A stretch of DNA of 62,065 nucleotides, counting the filler, from Choristocarpus tenellus KU-1152 (Eukaryota > Protista > Phaeophyceae), in NCBI GenBank assembly GCA_964200185.2. It is 12 parts of 12 records of this genome, joined end to end, with 100 filler letters (N's around TTAATTAATTAA, not from the genome) between each part and the next. Parts side by side here need not be neighbours in the genome. Positions count along the whole stretch, not along the records: positions 1 to 6,688 come from CAXNAD020007559.1; positions 6,789 to 14,961 come from CAXNAD020005048.1; 10 more parts are not named here. One strand, written 5' to 3'. Each line of letters opens with the position of its first letter. Position 1 is the first letter of the stretch. Shown piece by piece: positions 1 to 12,571 of the stretch. The position numbers were made by a program, and so were the translations under genes. The notes below the pieces were generated by a model. The model was not told the DNA's origin and did not search any database. It was given only the letters and a program-made list of their open reading frames with translations.

Positions 1-225
1 CCTGTTTGTCCATTTGGGGCTTGTCTTCCCATGTTTTTTTGTATGACATTTTCCTACTCCAAAATGTTTCAAAGTAGGCAAGATGTATACGTTATGAAAA
101 GGTGTGTTCGGAACAAGGATATTGACACTTCCTAACAAACACAACAACCAAAATTACGCCAAAATTGCAACATTGGATTTGGCCCCCAAATGGACGCGAC
201 CCTACCCTGTAAGATAATTTGGATC
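1..225 (+). mobile_element. MITE family A copy, left end cut off by window start
   Basis: Colinear with full copies at 19136, 43003 and 56325: gtccatttgggg...cctactccaaaatgtt...ccccaaatggacgcg-ctaccctgtaagataatttg. Confidence 0.85.
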
Positions 226-1271
226 CATGGTCTCGTGATAATCAACAATGTTAAACGTATAAGACTACTCAAAAGAAACGTATGGTTCACACTGACAATA
301 TACCCACTCACAGACCATTTCAAAATGTTGCTATTGATATGGCAGAATACACAAAAAGTTCTCGCCAGCAGCAAATAATGTAATGTGCTTGTATGTGTTG
401 TCTGGCATTGATCACCTCTCACTCGTTCTGTTATGCTGAGCCCTGTTCCAAATCAAGGGGCCGCAATAATTGCCCGTAAGCTGGAGGAACGCGTATTTTC
501 AATTCTTGATCCACACCCAAATTATTATTAAACTCCGATCGGTATACCGAATTTGAATATAGTACAGCAGTGGGGTTGTGTTTTGTCCTTGCTTACAAGA
601 AAACCAAAACCTTGCGATACCCACCCAAAGGACAATTCTGTCTTGAGTAAAATGTATATTATGCAACTTTCAAGAATCGAGCTCTAGTCTGTACGGATAT
701 CTTTGCATTTCAAATCTTCCTATGCATCTTCTATCCTTTCAAAGTCCCTCCTACATGATTTCTTACATATGTATACTGTTCGCGCATTTTTGTCCGCCGA
801 AAGATATGCTCGCACTATTCATCTGTTACAGTAGATAGTACCTCAATAACAGAAATTCAATAATCTCTCACTTCAATAATTAACCTAATCGTACAAGAAA
901 AGAGCGTGAATCTAATATGTAAGACTCTTGCCCATCCATTGTATGACAAGCACATGGGAATATTTTTTGCACTTTGTTATCGTATCATACCACAACAGCA
1001 TAAAAGACAAGAATTTGGCTCTTTTTTTCACAGCGTGAAGAAAAGTCACTAAAAAAAGAGATTTTGTGGTTCTCCCTTGAGTTGATAAAGCATCAAACCA
1101 ATCCTGTGGTGTGTAAACCTTACAAGAAGGGAAGACCACCAACAGCTCATATATAAAAAAACTACGCCTTTGAAATTTTTCAACCAGGATGCGTACACCC
1201 GGTGAACAAACACCACTAAACTACAAATTCATCACCAAACTCCTTACTGGGTTCACACTTCTCATGTAAAC

Positions 1272-3539
1272 TCATGGCATCAAAAGTTGCTCAAAATCAC
1301 TGCAGAGAAGGCAATCCACTCGGTAGGCCTCCTCATCAGCACGGATTGATTCAATACCCTTGAGAATTGGCTCACCGTTGACATCTACAACAGGGTGCAC
1401 TGTCTCACCGACTAGACCTCGAGGATCATCTCCTAGCACAACACCATGGAAGCCTACATTCATTTGGTAAGCAACATGGTCTGGCAAGTCAAATTTGTCA
1501 GTAGGATCACGCATGGCAATTTGATGGATTTTGCCATGATTTACTCTAAGTGAAAGACGGGGGGAGGTGATCTGGAAAGATGTGTGCTCCGACTGATATG
1601 AAAACAGTGAGTCGTTCTTCTCTGCGTCAGATACGTAGCTCTGGCATTCTGTAGGATTTGTCCTGAGCTTGTCCTGCAAAAGCCATTCTGACATGGAAAC
1701 AGCTTCACGAAGCCTGCGACCTTCCATGACAAGGCTTTCCTGCTGTTTAGATATCCAGTACTTCTCGAACCCAAACGGACGGCATTCGCCAGGTACATTG
1801 ACTGCAGAAATCTCTACACCGTCACCAGTGCTGACCTGTTGTATAGCGAAAGGAAAACAAACATTGAGTCATCTAGTTTGTGAGAGAAATTTTGTCAAAG
1901 AACAGTTGAGAAAATAACTCGGGTATGTGACCTACCCACGAACTAGATACGGTATGGATCAGTTCAAATCGATTTGCGCTGAGTAGTAAAAACATGAAAA
2001 CCCAGCTTTATACCTTGCTTGGCCTTGTCATCTTCTCGCCGTCGATTATGACGGTCAAAGCTCCATCTGCAAGGCAGGTGTTTTCCGAGGGACATGAACT
2101 TTTCAAGTCGTGAGGATTGTTGACCATAATCTCCACTGTGTGCTTGTCTCCTTCCACTCCACATAGAACAATACCCAAGCCCGTAATATATGTAATAACA
2201 GGCATGCCAGGCAGTGCAGTGACGCGCATATTGATAATATTGCACTCTCCATCGTGCATGAGGTTGTAGACACCTTGGTCCTCTCCTGTGACATTGAACT
2301 TCTGCCCCGAGAAGCCTACCAGATGAGGATCTCCTACGACTTGAGGATTTGCTGTGGAGGTATTGCAAGATCAAAGAATGGTGTCTGTTAGCTAAGGTGG
2401 ATTATTTTTCATAACTGCACTCCTTTACAAAACATCAAGCAATTGCCACAAGCACATATGTATGAAAAGGATTCGTCATTTTCAGTATCAATCAATTTTG
2501 ATACACCTTACACTAGTACATACCGCACTCCAGAGTATCGGTTCCAACGCAGGAGCCTGCGAAACAAATGCAGTTATCAGCAGCTCCACATGACTGTTAA
2601 TGGGATACCACAGAAAGCAAGCGTTGAATAGAGGTTAATTTCCCAGCAGGTTGAAATAGCTTTTTAGCTATGTGCACTACTCAACTACAATCCAAATCAA
2701 TATTTATGCGACAGTGCTTCCAACAAATCATATGGCGAGTGGACCATAATTGATATAGCAGGTATAAGCTAAAGTAGAATTGACACCTCTGTATGATCTT
2801 AATTCAATACTGAAATATGTTACAAAAGATGCAAAGTATCGAGTTTGCTCACCCTCCCGTTTGTAGTAGATGCTGCAATATTGCACGTCAAAGGTAACGC
2901 AAAGCCGGAGCAAGTACCGATGTTGGTCTCGCTGCACATGCTAGTTACGGTAGAAACTGTGGACATGAAGCACTTGAGTGCAGGGGAGAAGAACGTTCCA
3001 CATGCAGTGACAAAACAGGAAAATGTTGATTGAAGACAAGTAAATATTGGAAGCAGCTTCTTAAGTACTTGGTTCTCTATGGTTGAAGCGTAATACAGGT
3101 TTTTAACATTGATAAGTGATGGTGTAGCTAGTTCTGTTTTGCCATGGAGATTATGTCAAAACAGCGTAGTTTTCTAGTTCATTATGCCATCCATGATATT
3201 GTCATCAATTCTTTCCCCTTTAAACTTTACGCCGTTAACCAGCTTTGTAGCAATGCACTTCATACAAAGATGTCGAGGCTACTCCTATGGTGACAGCAAC
3301 AAATAAACCTGAATCGTTTCTGAGATGTGCGCAATGTACCCATTGACAAGCCCGATCAGAAGACCGACAGAAACATGTTCACATCACACCATTGACAACC
3401 GCGGACTAACCTCTTGAAATATGGTCGATGCATCCGAACCACAATCTGCGAGCTGAGCGTGGGCATTGTGTACCAAAAACTGAAGGCAAACAATGAAGAA
3501 AGTGATGATTCGCAGAGCCACACCTGCGCTGGAAGTCAT
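1272..3539 (-). CDS. Secreted Cys-rich protein with C-terminal GDPH/VWD-like domain (resembles the brown-algal EsV-1-163-like family)
   Basis: Exons 3539-3411 (MTSSAGVALRIITFFIVCLQFLVHNAHA, signal-peptide-like), ~3076-2853, 2593-2524, 2351-2014 (VGDPHLVGFSGQKFNVTGEDQGVYNL...CLADGAL), 1835-1272 (AVNVPGECRPFGFEKYW...stop). The last four exons are GT-AG and phase-consistent. The junction between 3411 and 3076 is unresolved. Confidence 0.75.
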
Positions 3540-6500
3540 TTTTCTACAACAATCTGCCAAGAGTGGAAAGGTAAGACAACATGCTTAGCTGTGTTGTATG
3601 TACCTTATTGTCCAGTAAGGTTGTGTGGAGCAAAATCAGAGAGTTGATTGACCGCGGAGGCATACTTCGACACCGCAAGAATTCAACATGAAACCACGTA
3701 TAACCCATGGGTTGATGAGTTAGAAGGTTAACAATATTTATGCACTACAAGAGAGTTGATCGATCTGAACCACAACGTACTTTGGTCGACGAATTTCCCA
3801 ATTATCTCCAGCAAGCCTCTTTCAGGAGGGTGGGTTGTGGAAGAGAGGTGGGTGGTTTGATGTAGCGGTTATCTCAACCAAAATATTTGTATTTATTCTT
3901 ACGTTTTCTATCACATTTCTGATGTGTTTTTGGGGAGGTTTATACATCTATTCTAAACACAAGAGTTATGATATAGAAAAACGAAAACGTTCCCATTGTT
4001 ATATATTGTTATATTTTATAGAGCTTTCACATATTCAAAATTAATTCACATACCACTTCTCGTTTGAAAACATAAACCAATATTTCGTTTTAAATTTACT
4101 TCATAAGGAACTGAGAGTAGGTGTTATGTCAATGACACACATTGATCTTCCCACTTGAAATTGCATAAAAAAAAATATGATAGTATGGTAGATTGTGAAT
4201 GAGAAGTGTCGACCCCGTTCGGATCATTCATCACCAACACAAAGACAACGAAAAGGTGGGTGGTAGGTCTTTGGTGCTATCAACCCATACGCATGAAGTA
4301 CGCGCCAGGCTCTGTTCAAATTGACGACCTGTGTACACGAACTTTGGACAAGCACTCCTATTTCCCTGGTGTTGTCTGCTACACCATCTAATTCCTCGTC
4401 CCTGTTCGACAGCGTTTCTCTGTTGTTTTGTACTCTCCACTTCCAGGTCCAGCCTTCGTCCCGATAACAAAAAATATGGCACCTATTCTAGATCATGCCT
4501 TTAAAGCTGTGGTTATGGTTATGGGCATGCAGGTACTGCTTCCATACTCTAACGGGCAAGTGACTACATGTGACTCCACCTTCGATGAAGAGGTGGGCCT
4601 TCAAGAGGGTGTGGTGTGTGCTCTTTGCTGAGTATTTGCACGCCCTGGAAGATCGAGTAATACTTCTTGTTGCGTTGAGAATGATTCAGATATTCATAGG
4701 TTGAGAAATTGGTCCAAGAGGGGCTTGTATGCCTGGGAAGAGTGCACGCTCTATTTGTTCGGTCATTTTGAGAGTTGACACCAACATGAGAAAGTCTAAA
4801 TTGGGTGCATCTTTTCACGAAATATATAGTATGCATTGTCACTTTTGCTGCTGAGGACTTGATAATCATCGAACAAGCCGCAAACGATATCTTCTTCCGT
4901 ATAAAGTGAACATTTGTACCCACTTGAAGTACATGTCATGTTGGTATAGCTCCATTCATCTTCCTTTTACGAAAACTGCACATTTGTAACAGTGCTCCGT
5001 CGCTCAAGTGGATATAGACTCCGGGTGCACCAGTGCTTCAGTTGGAGTCTGTCGGGGCTTCGACAGTCCGTTAACTTGTTTTGCAGACACTGTACTAGAC
5101 ACCAACGGAGAGGTGAGATATTTTTTCTGGTGAAGTCCCTTGTCTTAACAATGTGTTTGACATGGGCTGGTTTTTATTTCAAATTGAAAAGTGAATGCAC
5201 ATGTACAATCCTTCTCTACAGCTGAAGCTGCTGGTACACTATGGGACAAAATGAACACTAGAGTGTTTTCAATTTTTTTAATAGAAATAATTAAACCTTT
5301 CGGCACCCTGTGTTTCCTGGGTTCACTTTTTCAAAGCCTCGCCTTTGTTTGATTAACGTTAGCCAGGGAGAGCGTTTGTTACATGCGTAACTTATTGAAA
5401 ATGAATACTTAAAAAATAAACCAACGGTATTTTTATATCTGCTTGCAAAACACAGGATTGCGGTGCAGGTGCGGGAGATGATTGCATCTGCTTCCAGGGC
5501 GCCTGTTTTGCCATTGGTTTTGGTCTATGCGACAACCCTAAGACGTCTTCCTAGGCTGAGAGTACCTGGAGTCTCCACATTCACCTGATCAGCATGATGA
5601 TGCGTCTTCAGATTTCGTGGTACATGATTGTATCATCTTAACGTTCACCTTCCAGTCTAGCACTGAGAGGAGTCGAGTTTAGTTTGATCTTGGAGCAGTG
5701 TGTGGTGTACATTCAACGGACGTATGAACTCGCTTGCAGGATATTCTTGAATATGTTCTGTCTTCTTAGTTAATGATGACCATCAGATAGTTCTTACGCT
5801 CATTTTTTCTTGTGTGTTCACCTTTCTGTGTTGTAGGTTATGTGATACCTTTTTGAGGATTGGAGGTGTTTTCATTGAACACCTAAGCATAGGTGTAAAG
5901 GAGAGGGCCGACTTTAAATTTTTATATTTGGTGTATATGAAGACAGGAACTTCAAATGCACTCTGCTGATACTCTCAACTATTGCTAATCTGAATGTAAC
6001 AATAAACATTTTGAAGGAAAAAATGTAAATCATTTCAAAATGATTTGGGTGATGTACAGCTTCATTATATCTCATACAACGACATTTAAGAGAAGTGATT
6101 GATAGCAACATAGTCTGCAAATAAAAAGCAAAAATGACGTGTCACTAGGTAAAATATAGTATGACCACGCCAATCGACACACATGAGATATATTTAGAAA
6201 ATCAATATTGTAATGCATCATTGTTGCTACATATGGAATTGTTCAACATGAAAGCAGCGAACATATGCCACAAAGAAATTTGTCGCAGGTGACATGCTCG
6301 GATATCGGGGTGCATGCTGAGCAGCAACACACAAGTTGCGAAAGCATTGCCGATCTTGGCATAGATCTACAATGTCAGGAAATGCCAACATACGGTGTAA
6401 TATAAAAGTAAAATGAACATGTCCAAGGATTTACATTCCTTCAATCACCAATATAATTAGTGTTTCACGGTCACAAAGAGAAAGGGTGCTGCTATGGAAA

Positions 6501-6688
6501 GGCTTACCCTCCCTAGGAACTATCTATATATAAATAATAAATTAACTCAAACGTCTTGCAGAAAAATGTATATATGTTTGTGTTAATGTTACAGTCTCGG
6601 TAGTACCTCCATGTCACAGGCGCCCCTCAATGCTCACCTTCCACGATGTACAACTCAAATCCAACGACCTCAAAAACGACGCTACGAG

Positions 6689-6788
6689 NNNNNNNNNNNN
6701 NNNNNNNNNNNNNNNNNNNNNNNNNNNNNNNNTTAATTAATTAANNNNNNNNNNNNNNNNNNNNNNNNNNNNNNNNNNNNNNNNNNNN
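6689..6788. other. Artificial contig linker
   Basis: N44-TTAATTAATTAA-N44 (stops in all six frames). Confidence 0.99.
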
Positions 6789-6903
6789 CAATCTCGTCGG
6801 GTTTATCACCTTTATCCTCTTTGATGATTTTGGGGATACTTTAACATGATACTGGTTCTCTACCCTATCACATAATCCACCAGTGGTGTCTATAGTGTAT
6901 CAG

Positions 6904-6951
6904 CAGCACTATCTACGAACAGCACTATCTACGAACAGCACTATCTACGAA
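6904..6951 (+). repeat. 16-bp tandem repeat x3
   Basis: (cagcactatctacgaa)3. Confidence 0.9.
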
Positions 6952-7129
6952 CACCATCACGCCCTTCCAGCACAGTATCCGTTGTGCTAAGCAAGAACTG
7001 TCTCTCAAAAAGTTCAAAGATGTCAAAAAGCGATGTACGTGAACAGTTTGTGGTGCGATGAGCCCTGCACAAGGCGAGTCTGGATCTTCCTCCCTCCTCC
7101 TTCACCCAGCATCACAAAAAATGCAACAT

Positions 7130-7560
7130 ACACCTATCTCTCCACCAACATCACCAGTGATAGAGACAGGCGGCGCTGCAGCATTATCGCAGAGACAGGG
7201 CAATGAAGTTATCATCTCGCCACCCGCATCACCAACGGTGAGGATAGAGGTGATGCTGCTGCAGCACGACGTCATAGGGTGTTTGCAGTGCTACGGACAT
7301 CAGCGTCACCCAGCCATAGGGTGTTCATCTCACCACCAACATCACCAGAGCTGGAAAGAGGTGGTGGTGAAGCGTCATCACAAAGAGGCAGGGTGTTCAA
7401 CTCGCCACCCACATCACCAGTGGCAGACAGAGGCGGCGCTGCTTCACCATGACGTTGCAGGGTATTCACGATACCAAGGGCAATGACGTCAAATAGGCAC
7501 CACATGGTGTTCATCTCATCACCATCATCACCAGACCCGGAGAGAGGAGGTGGCACATTG
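7130..7560. repeat. Degenerate repeat array, about 5 units spaced roughly 75-115 bp
   Basis: Recurring core atctcNccaccNNcatcacca. The minus frame reads PPPLSxxGDVGGEMNT repeatedly. Confidence 0.6.
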
Positions 7561-8699
7561 TCTGGAGAAAGGTTGCAAGGTTGTTAGAACGTACTCGCAC
7601 ATAGGTCCATTGGACAGGGCAGCAATTACAACCTTGGCGAGCGTTAATGACGACATGGATCCCAGATTAGCCGAAAAACATATTGCCTGATGGCCGCTGT
7701 GTGAGACTGCAGCGCAAGAGGGGATGCCTGGCAATGAGCCAGTGGGTGATGTCAAGAGGAACGAGTGTCTTTGGGGTGCAGATGGGCTATGGTCAACCCA
7801 GTGTTACGACAGAGGAGCTGGTGTACTTTCTCTCCTCAAGGCAGTTGACTGCCAGAGGAGGAACGCCTGAGTGGGTTAGCCAATCCTTTGCTGGTAACGT
7901 CCAATAACAGCCTTCTTCGCATCCTTCGTGTTGACCACAGTCATGGATGATGAATGCTCACACAAGATCCTGGAATCATCTGTACAAACATGTGTTTTTT
8001 GCGTATGTTTGTTGTTGGAATGATGCTATTCGCTGCTGATATCTGTGGTGGCCTGCAGGCCTTCATGGGTAATGTTGGGTGAGCTGATGTGCAGTGGTGG
8101 TAGCGTTCTCCAGTCTCAATCGTGTGTGCATTTCTTTTTGATGATGGAGAGCAGGGCGAGATATACAGAGTTGTTTTGAGTGCATTACGGATCCTCTCCT
8201 TAACAATGTTAACAGTACTCTGTTTGACATTTTTACCGCAATTTCTCTTGTTGTAGTTGGTGGCTCACGAAACGTCATCCCTATCACGTTTTGCTGTTAC
8301 TGCTACACTCCTACCTGTGATCCACCATACGGATGGTGGATCATTGCACTATGAATGAACCAACCTAAAACGTGCAGTGTGTGGATGTGAGACAATCAAC
8401 ACAGGATGTATTTATTCCGCTACTATTAACTATTTTTGCACCATCTTAATACGGTACGTAACTGTTGCATGTATCTACCTATATCATATATATTTTTGTA
8501 TTATCATGCCATCCGACATTTTGCAGACCTGTCACGGGAAGAACCAATGAAAACTATTCACATGTCAGAAGAATCCTTACAAATGTAACAGTTTTCATAG
8601 ATGTGCATATCATTAATTTATTTACTATTTTACTACCAGCCATGCTGTACCATTGCCTTCCTGTGCCTCCCATCAAGCTTATTCTTGCACCTCATCGTG

Positions 8700-9600
8700 A
8701 GAAGCTAGCGAAGCATCCCAAGAACCTCACCAGCGCTTCCTTGCCCATGTCCCTCGTTTACCCAGGTTCAAACTCCTGACACGTCTAGACAAGACCTCCT
8801 GCATTTTCAGAGAGACCATTTATCATAGGCGAGATTTGACCGCCCCTTTCCTACTGTAGTCTCCAGTCCCTCCCATACCGCGTACGTCTCTAGCTTATTC
8901 GGAAAACTTTCTGCGTTCTTACCTAGGTTCCCAAAACATTCCACCCAAAGGTGTTGAGGTTGCAACAAAGGATCAAAAGAGTTCTCCTAGTGGGCGCGCT
9001 TTCGCGCCTCAGCTGCAGCAGCAGCTACACCATTGGTGGTGGATGAGTGTGACAGGTGAGATGCTTCCTGCACTTCAGCAAACGTACGTCCAGGAGGAGG
9101 TCTTTGTATCGGTAGTGAGCTGATCCGGCATCTTTGAGTTCATCAGTATGGAGGACCAAACCCACGCTGAAATTTCTATGTACTGTAAATGGGTTTGTAT
9201 CCTCTATAGTGCAAGGGATGCTCATTCCTTTGCAAAGTTGCCCCAGATGCTTCACCGTTGGGCTGTATCGGTGTACCTGTCCTCCTGCCCTAGGGAAGGT
9301 GAGGGCATGTCTGGTGTCTACATTTTGTCTCCTGTATCCAGTCACCAGGCACCTGTTCGATAGGGCCTCCTCTCTCTCTAGGTATCAGCTGGCAGTTAGT
9401 TTGTACTCAATGGGGGGTATTGGGCATGCCGGCTCCAGGGGTTGTGTTGAGGACCATGCATTTGCCCCTTGTCCACATTGGCTTCGGTGGCGTGCCAAGG
9501 CTAGCAAGGAACTTTTCTTTCTTTTCTCCACTTCATTAGGTAAGGCGGCCAGTTGGGTCCGGAAAGAGTTGAAGCAGATCCTGTTAAGAAGCAGTTGATC
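8700..9600 (-). mobile_element. Degenerate non-LTR retrotransposon 3' part (Zn knuckle plus restriction-like endonuclease)
   Basis: VDTRHA..PRAGGQVH, LLLDV, AAAAEARK, VECFGNLG, RKGAVKSRL, VLSRRV, with frameshifts and stops. Paralog at 20085-20342. Confidence 0.7.
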
Positions 9601-11585
9601 TTGTGTTGTGCCCTTCTTACAATCCTGGCATCATGAGCTGTCAGAGTGTGGACCTCTGGGGCAGGTGTGGGGGGTGTTGTTCCCCCCCCATTATAATATA
9701 ATGCCCTCCGACATTTTGCAGGCCTTTAAGGGAAAAAGCAGAACTGTATTTCGAGGACTACTACTGTAAATACAAGAGTTGTAGTCAATGCTAAGACGCG
9801 TTCCAAAAAAATTGTAATACTTGAGAACTCACAATACAACAGTGTCCCCTTACTATATATAGAGGTTTTCACTATAAAGGAATGTGTACACTGATATGCC
9901 CACATTTATACCTGTCGTTGTTCTTATCAACATTATCTTACTTACCTTCACATTAGTCTGAGGGGTTCCAAACTCGTGTCTGAAGCGATAATAATTGCCC
10001 GCAAAAATTCAAATACTAGGCAAAGGAAAAAATGTAGAAAGCTGAGAGGAAGAAGATTGTCATAGGACTGAAGAACTGGAGTTTATCTACGATGGGTATC
10101 GAAGGACAACCTGATTATAAATCAATAATACCCAGTACTTCAAATTGGACGTTGGTAGTGACGTCACACACCACCAGGTCTTGTGGGGGAAAATGATGAA
10201 AATAATAAAATTTTAGAGTGGTATGAAGTTCACATCCATTCTTAACACCACTCATCATATGTTGCACAAATGAGAACAAGGGAAGGCGTTTGTTGAACTA
10301 CTGACACTACAGAGGAAACTGGGCTAAGTGTTGTCCAGGACAAGCAATGTTATTGAACAAAGAGGGAAAATCTCCTCTTGGACAAGGACATTATGATTGA
10401 GTACTGCGAACACATCCATCACTTTTCTGGTTTGCATAATATTTACATTACTTTATAGTTAAACAACCTTTTTCAGGGGGCGTTACCCCATTACTAATTT
10501 TCAAAGCGTGAGTTTTTTGTTGAGAGGTGTCATAGATTTGACGACAGCTGTTTTTTTTACAGTGATCCTTGCTACATAGTTTTGGTCTTTCCCTGACACA
10601 TATACAAGATGGTACAGCAAATTTGTATAATATACGATTTTAGTGGATGTTTCTTCTAGAATTCCCTTTATTTCTCGTTTTATCTGCTCTATAGAAGTAC
10701 ATACAAGAGTAGTCGCGTGGGCACCGATATTACTAGTGTAGAACTCTACGTTGTCCAGGACAACGTAGTGTTGTCGTTTATTGTTGCTTCACAATACCAT
10801 AGTTTTGGGAATATGTATATCCTGATCCGTAGTCAGAGGCACTAGGCGCTGGACTACACCTCATAGTATCTACTTCTTCAACTAGCTGTTGTTGCACTTC
10901 GACCAATTTTCTGCCTCTGTCCATGTCTTGCTCTCGTGCGTTGGGTTCAGTCATCATCCCGCAACTTTTTACTTCACGTCCTCCCTCAAATCTTGTCCTG
11001 GACCTTCCTTGGCATCACATGCAATAAAGAAGCGTTGACAAGTCGTTCTTGGTTCGTTTTCGTTACATTCCGACGAACAAAGATTAGGAACTTTGGGTCT
11101 TAACTCAAGGACACTTGCACCCATGCAAATATGTTGGTCTCAAAAGAATAGTTGTAACACCAATCCAGACTCTGTTGTTGTGATATTTGTTACGACATCG
11201 CCCTCACACAAAACACCATGTATAATAAATAATGTGATTTTAGATTCTAGTTCTTCACTTCATTCTGTTGATTATACGACCAACAGTCAGGACTACACAC
11301 TACTCTATGTACTATTAAGATGAAGTTGATTCGATGGGTTTGGTGTCGCTTCCATGCAGCAAGTTGTGTTCGCCTATCAGAATGTATCAACTTCCGTATG
11401 GAAGGCATCTCTATTATTGATTTCGACTTGGATTCGGGTTGTGGTTGAGTGGTGTGGATTAATCCTTCATCCTAGATTCTGACAAAACCGACGCCTCAGT
11501 TACCTTTACAACAACAGTTATTCACCTTCCCCAACCTGCAACCACCAACTACTACTGCTGTCGTACTCCTAGTCGAGCACCTGCC

Positions 11586-12571
11586 ATGGGAGGAAGAAAG
11601 CGGGTAAGGGCCTCCCTAAACGACGAGGGATTAAGCGATGTAGCCAGAGTTGTCAAGGCCAAAGAGGTTGGTGAGGGAGAGAGACCAAGGAAGGTGAAAA
11701 GCGTCGAGGACACAGCCTCCATCGTAGCCATTGAGGGAGTGAAGAATGATCGGCTGGATGAGGGTGACGGGAAGGGCAAAGGTGCGAGGAAGGCGAAGGG
11801 AAAGGGGAACAAGGACAAAGGGAAGGTGAAGGGCAAAGAAAGGGCCGAAAGACGCACTGACGAGGAACAGATCGTGTGCAACCAGGATGTTCCTACGAAA
11901 GTCTTGTCCACTAGTGGCCAATATAAGAAGAAAGGAAGTCAGCGGCGGAGCAAGACTGCCAAAGACGAAAAATCAGGAGGAGAAGAAGGTCAGGGTGTTA
12001 GCTATTTCACTCTAGCCATTTGAATGCTGATTTACGCTGCAAATATGTAATTGAGATCATGTTTGCAATCGAGTCTTATCTTTGACAGTGTCCATTATTT
12101 ATCTACTGCTAGTATCGTGGTTGAGGTGACAGCCAACGCCAACTTCTTACACCCGACTAAAATGAGAGCCTCTGCCTATTGCAAGTCCTACACCCTCGTT
12201 GATGACTCCGTTGCTGTCGGCTGATCGATGCTACCTTCTCCAAGAACCGTATTCCTCGTCAACGTCGCCTCTACTATTTTGCTACCAATGCTACTTTCGT
12301 CCTGTCTTGGGCATTTATTTCGAATCACCCACAGCCAGGGGACGTGTAGAGGAGATGGGTGCAGACGCATTAATGAATGACTCTGTCCTTGGCGAGGTGG
12401 TGGAAACAAGAAAGGTTACCCGTAGTGCTGACACCGAGACTGGGAAAGAGGGGGACGGGCTAGCTGCTCTCGATGCAGATGCTTTTTTGAGCGGAGGTTT
12501 CCTGGGTGAAATGGAGGAAGCAGAAACGGACCAGGATGGAAGTTCCATAATTTCTGAAGAGGAGGAAGGCG
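11586..12571 (+). CDS. 5' exons of a Lys/Glu-rich protein, possibly nucleolar Noc2-like (partial)
   Basis: Exon 11586-11988 (ATG, K/G-rich) and exon 12335-12571, GT-AG, phase 1. LAALDADAFLSGGF followed by an acidic run resembles the NOC2 N-terminal L..xDEFLxxGF motif. Confidence 0.55.

Noticed and set aside
4200-6600. Several short ORFs upstream of the GDPH gene
   Set aside because: No recognisable motifs or consistent exon chain
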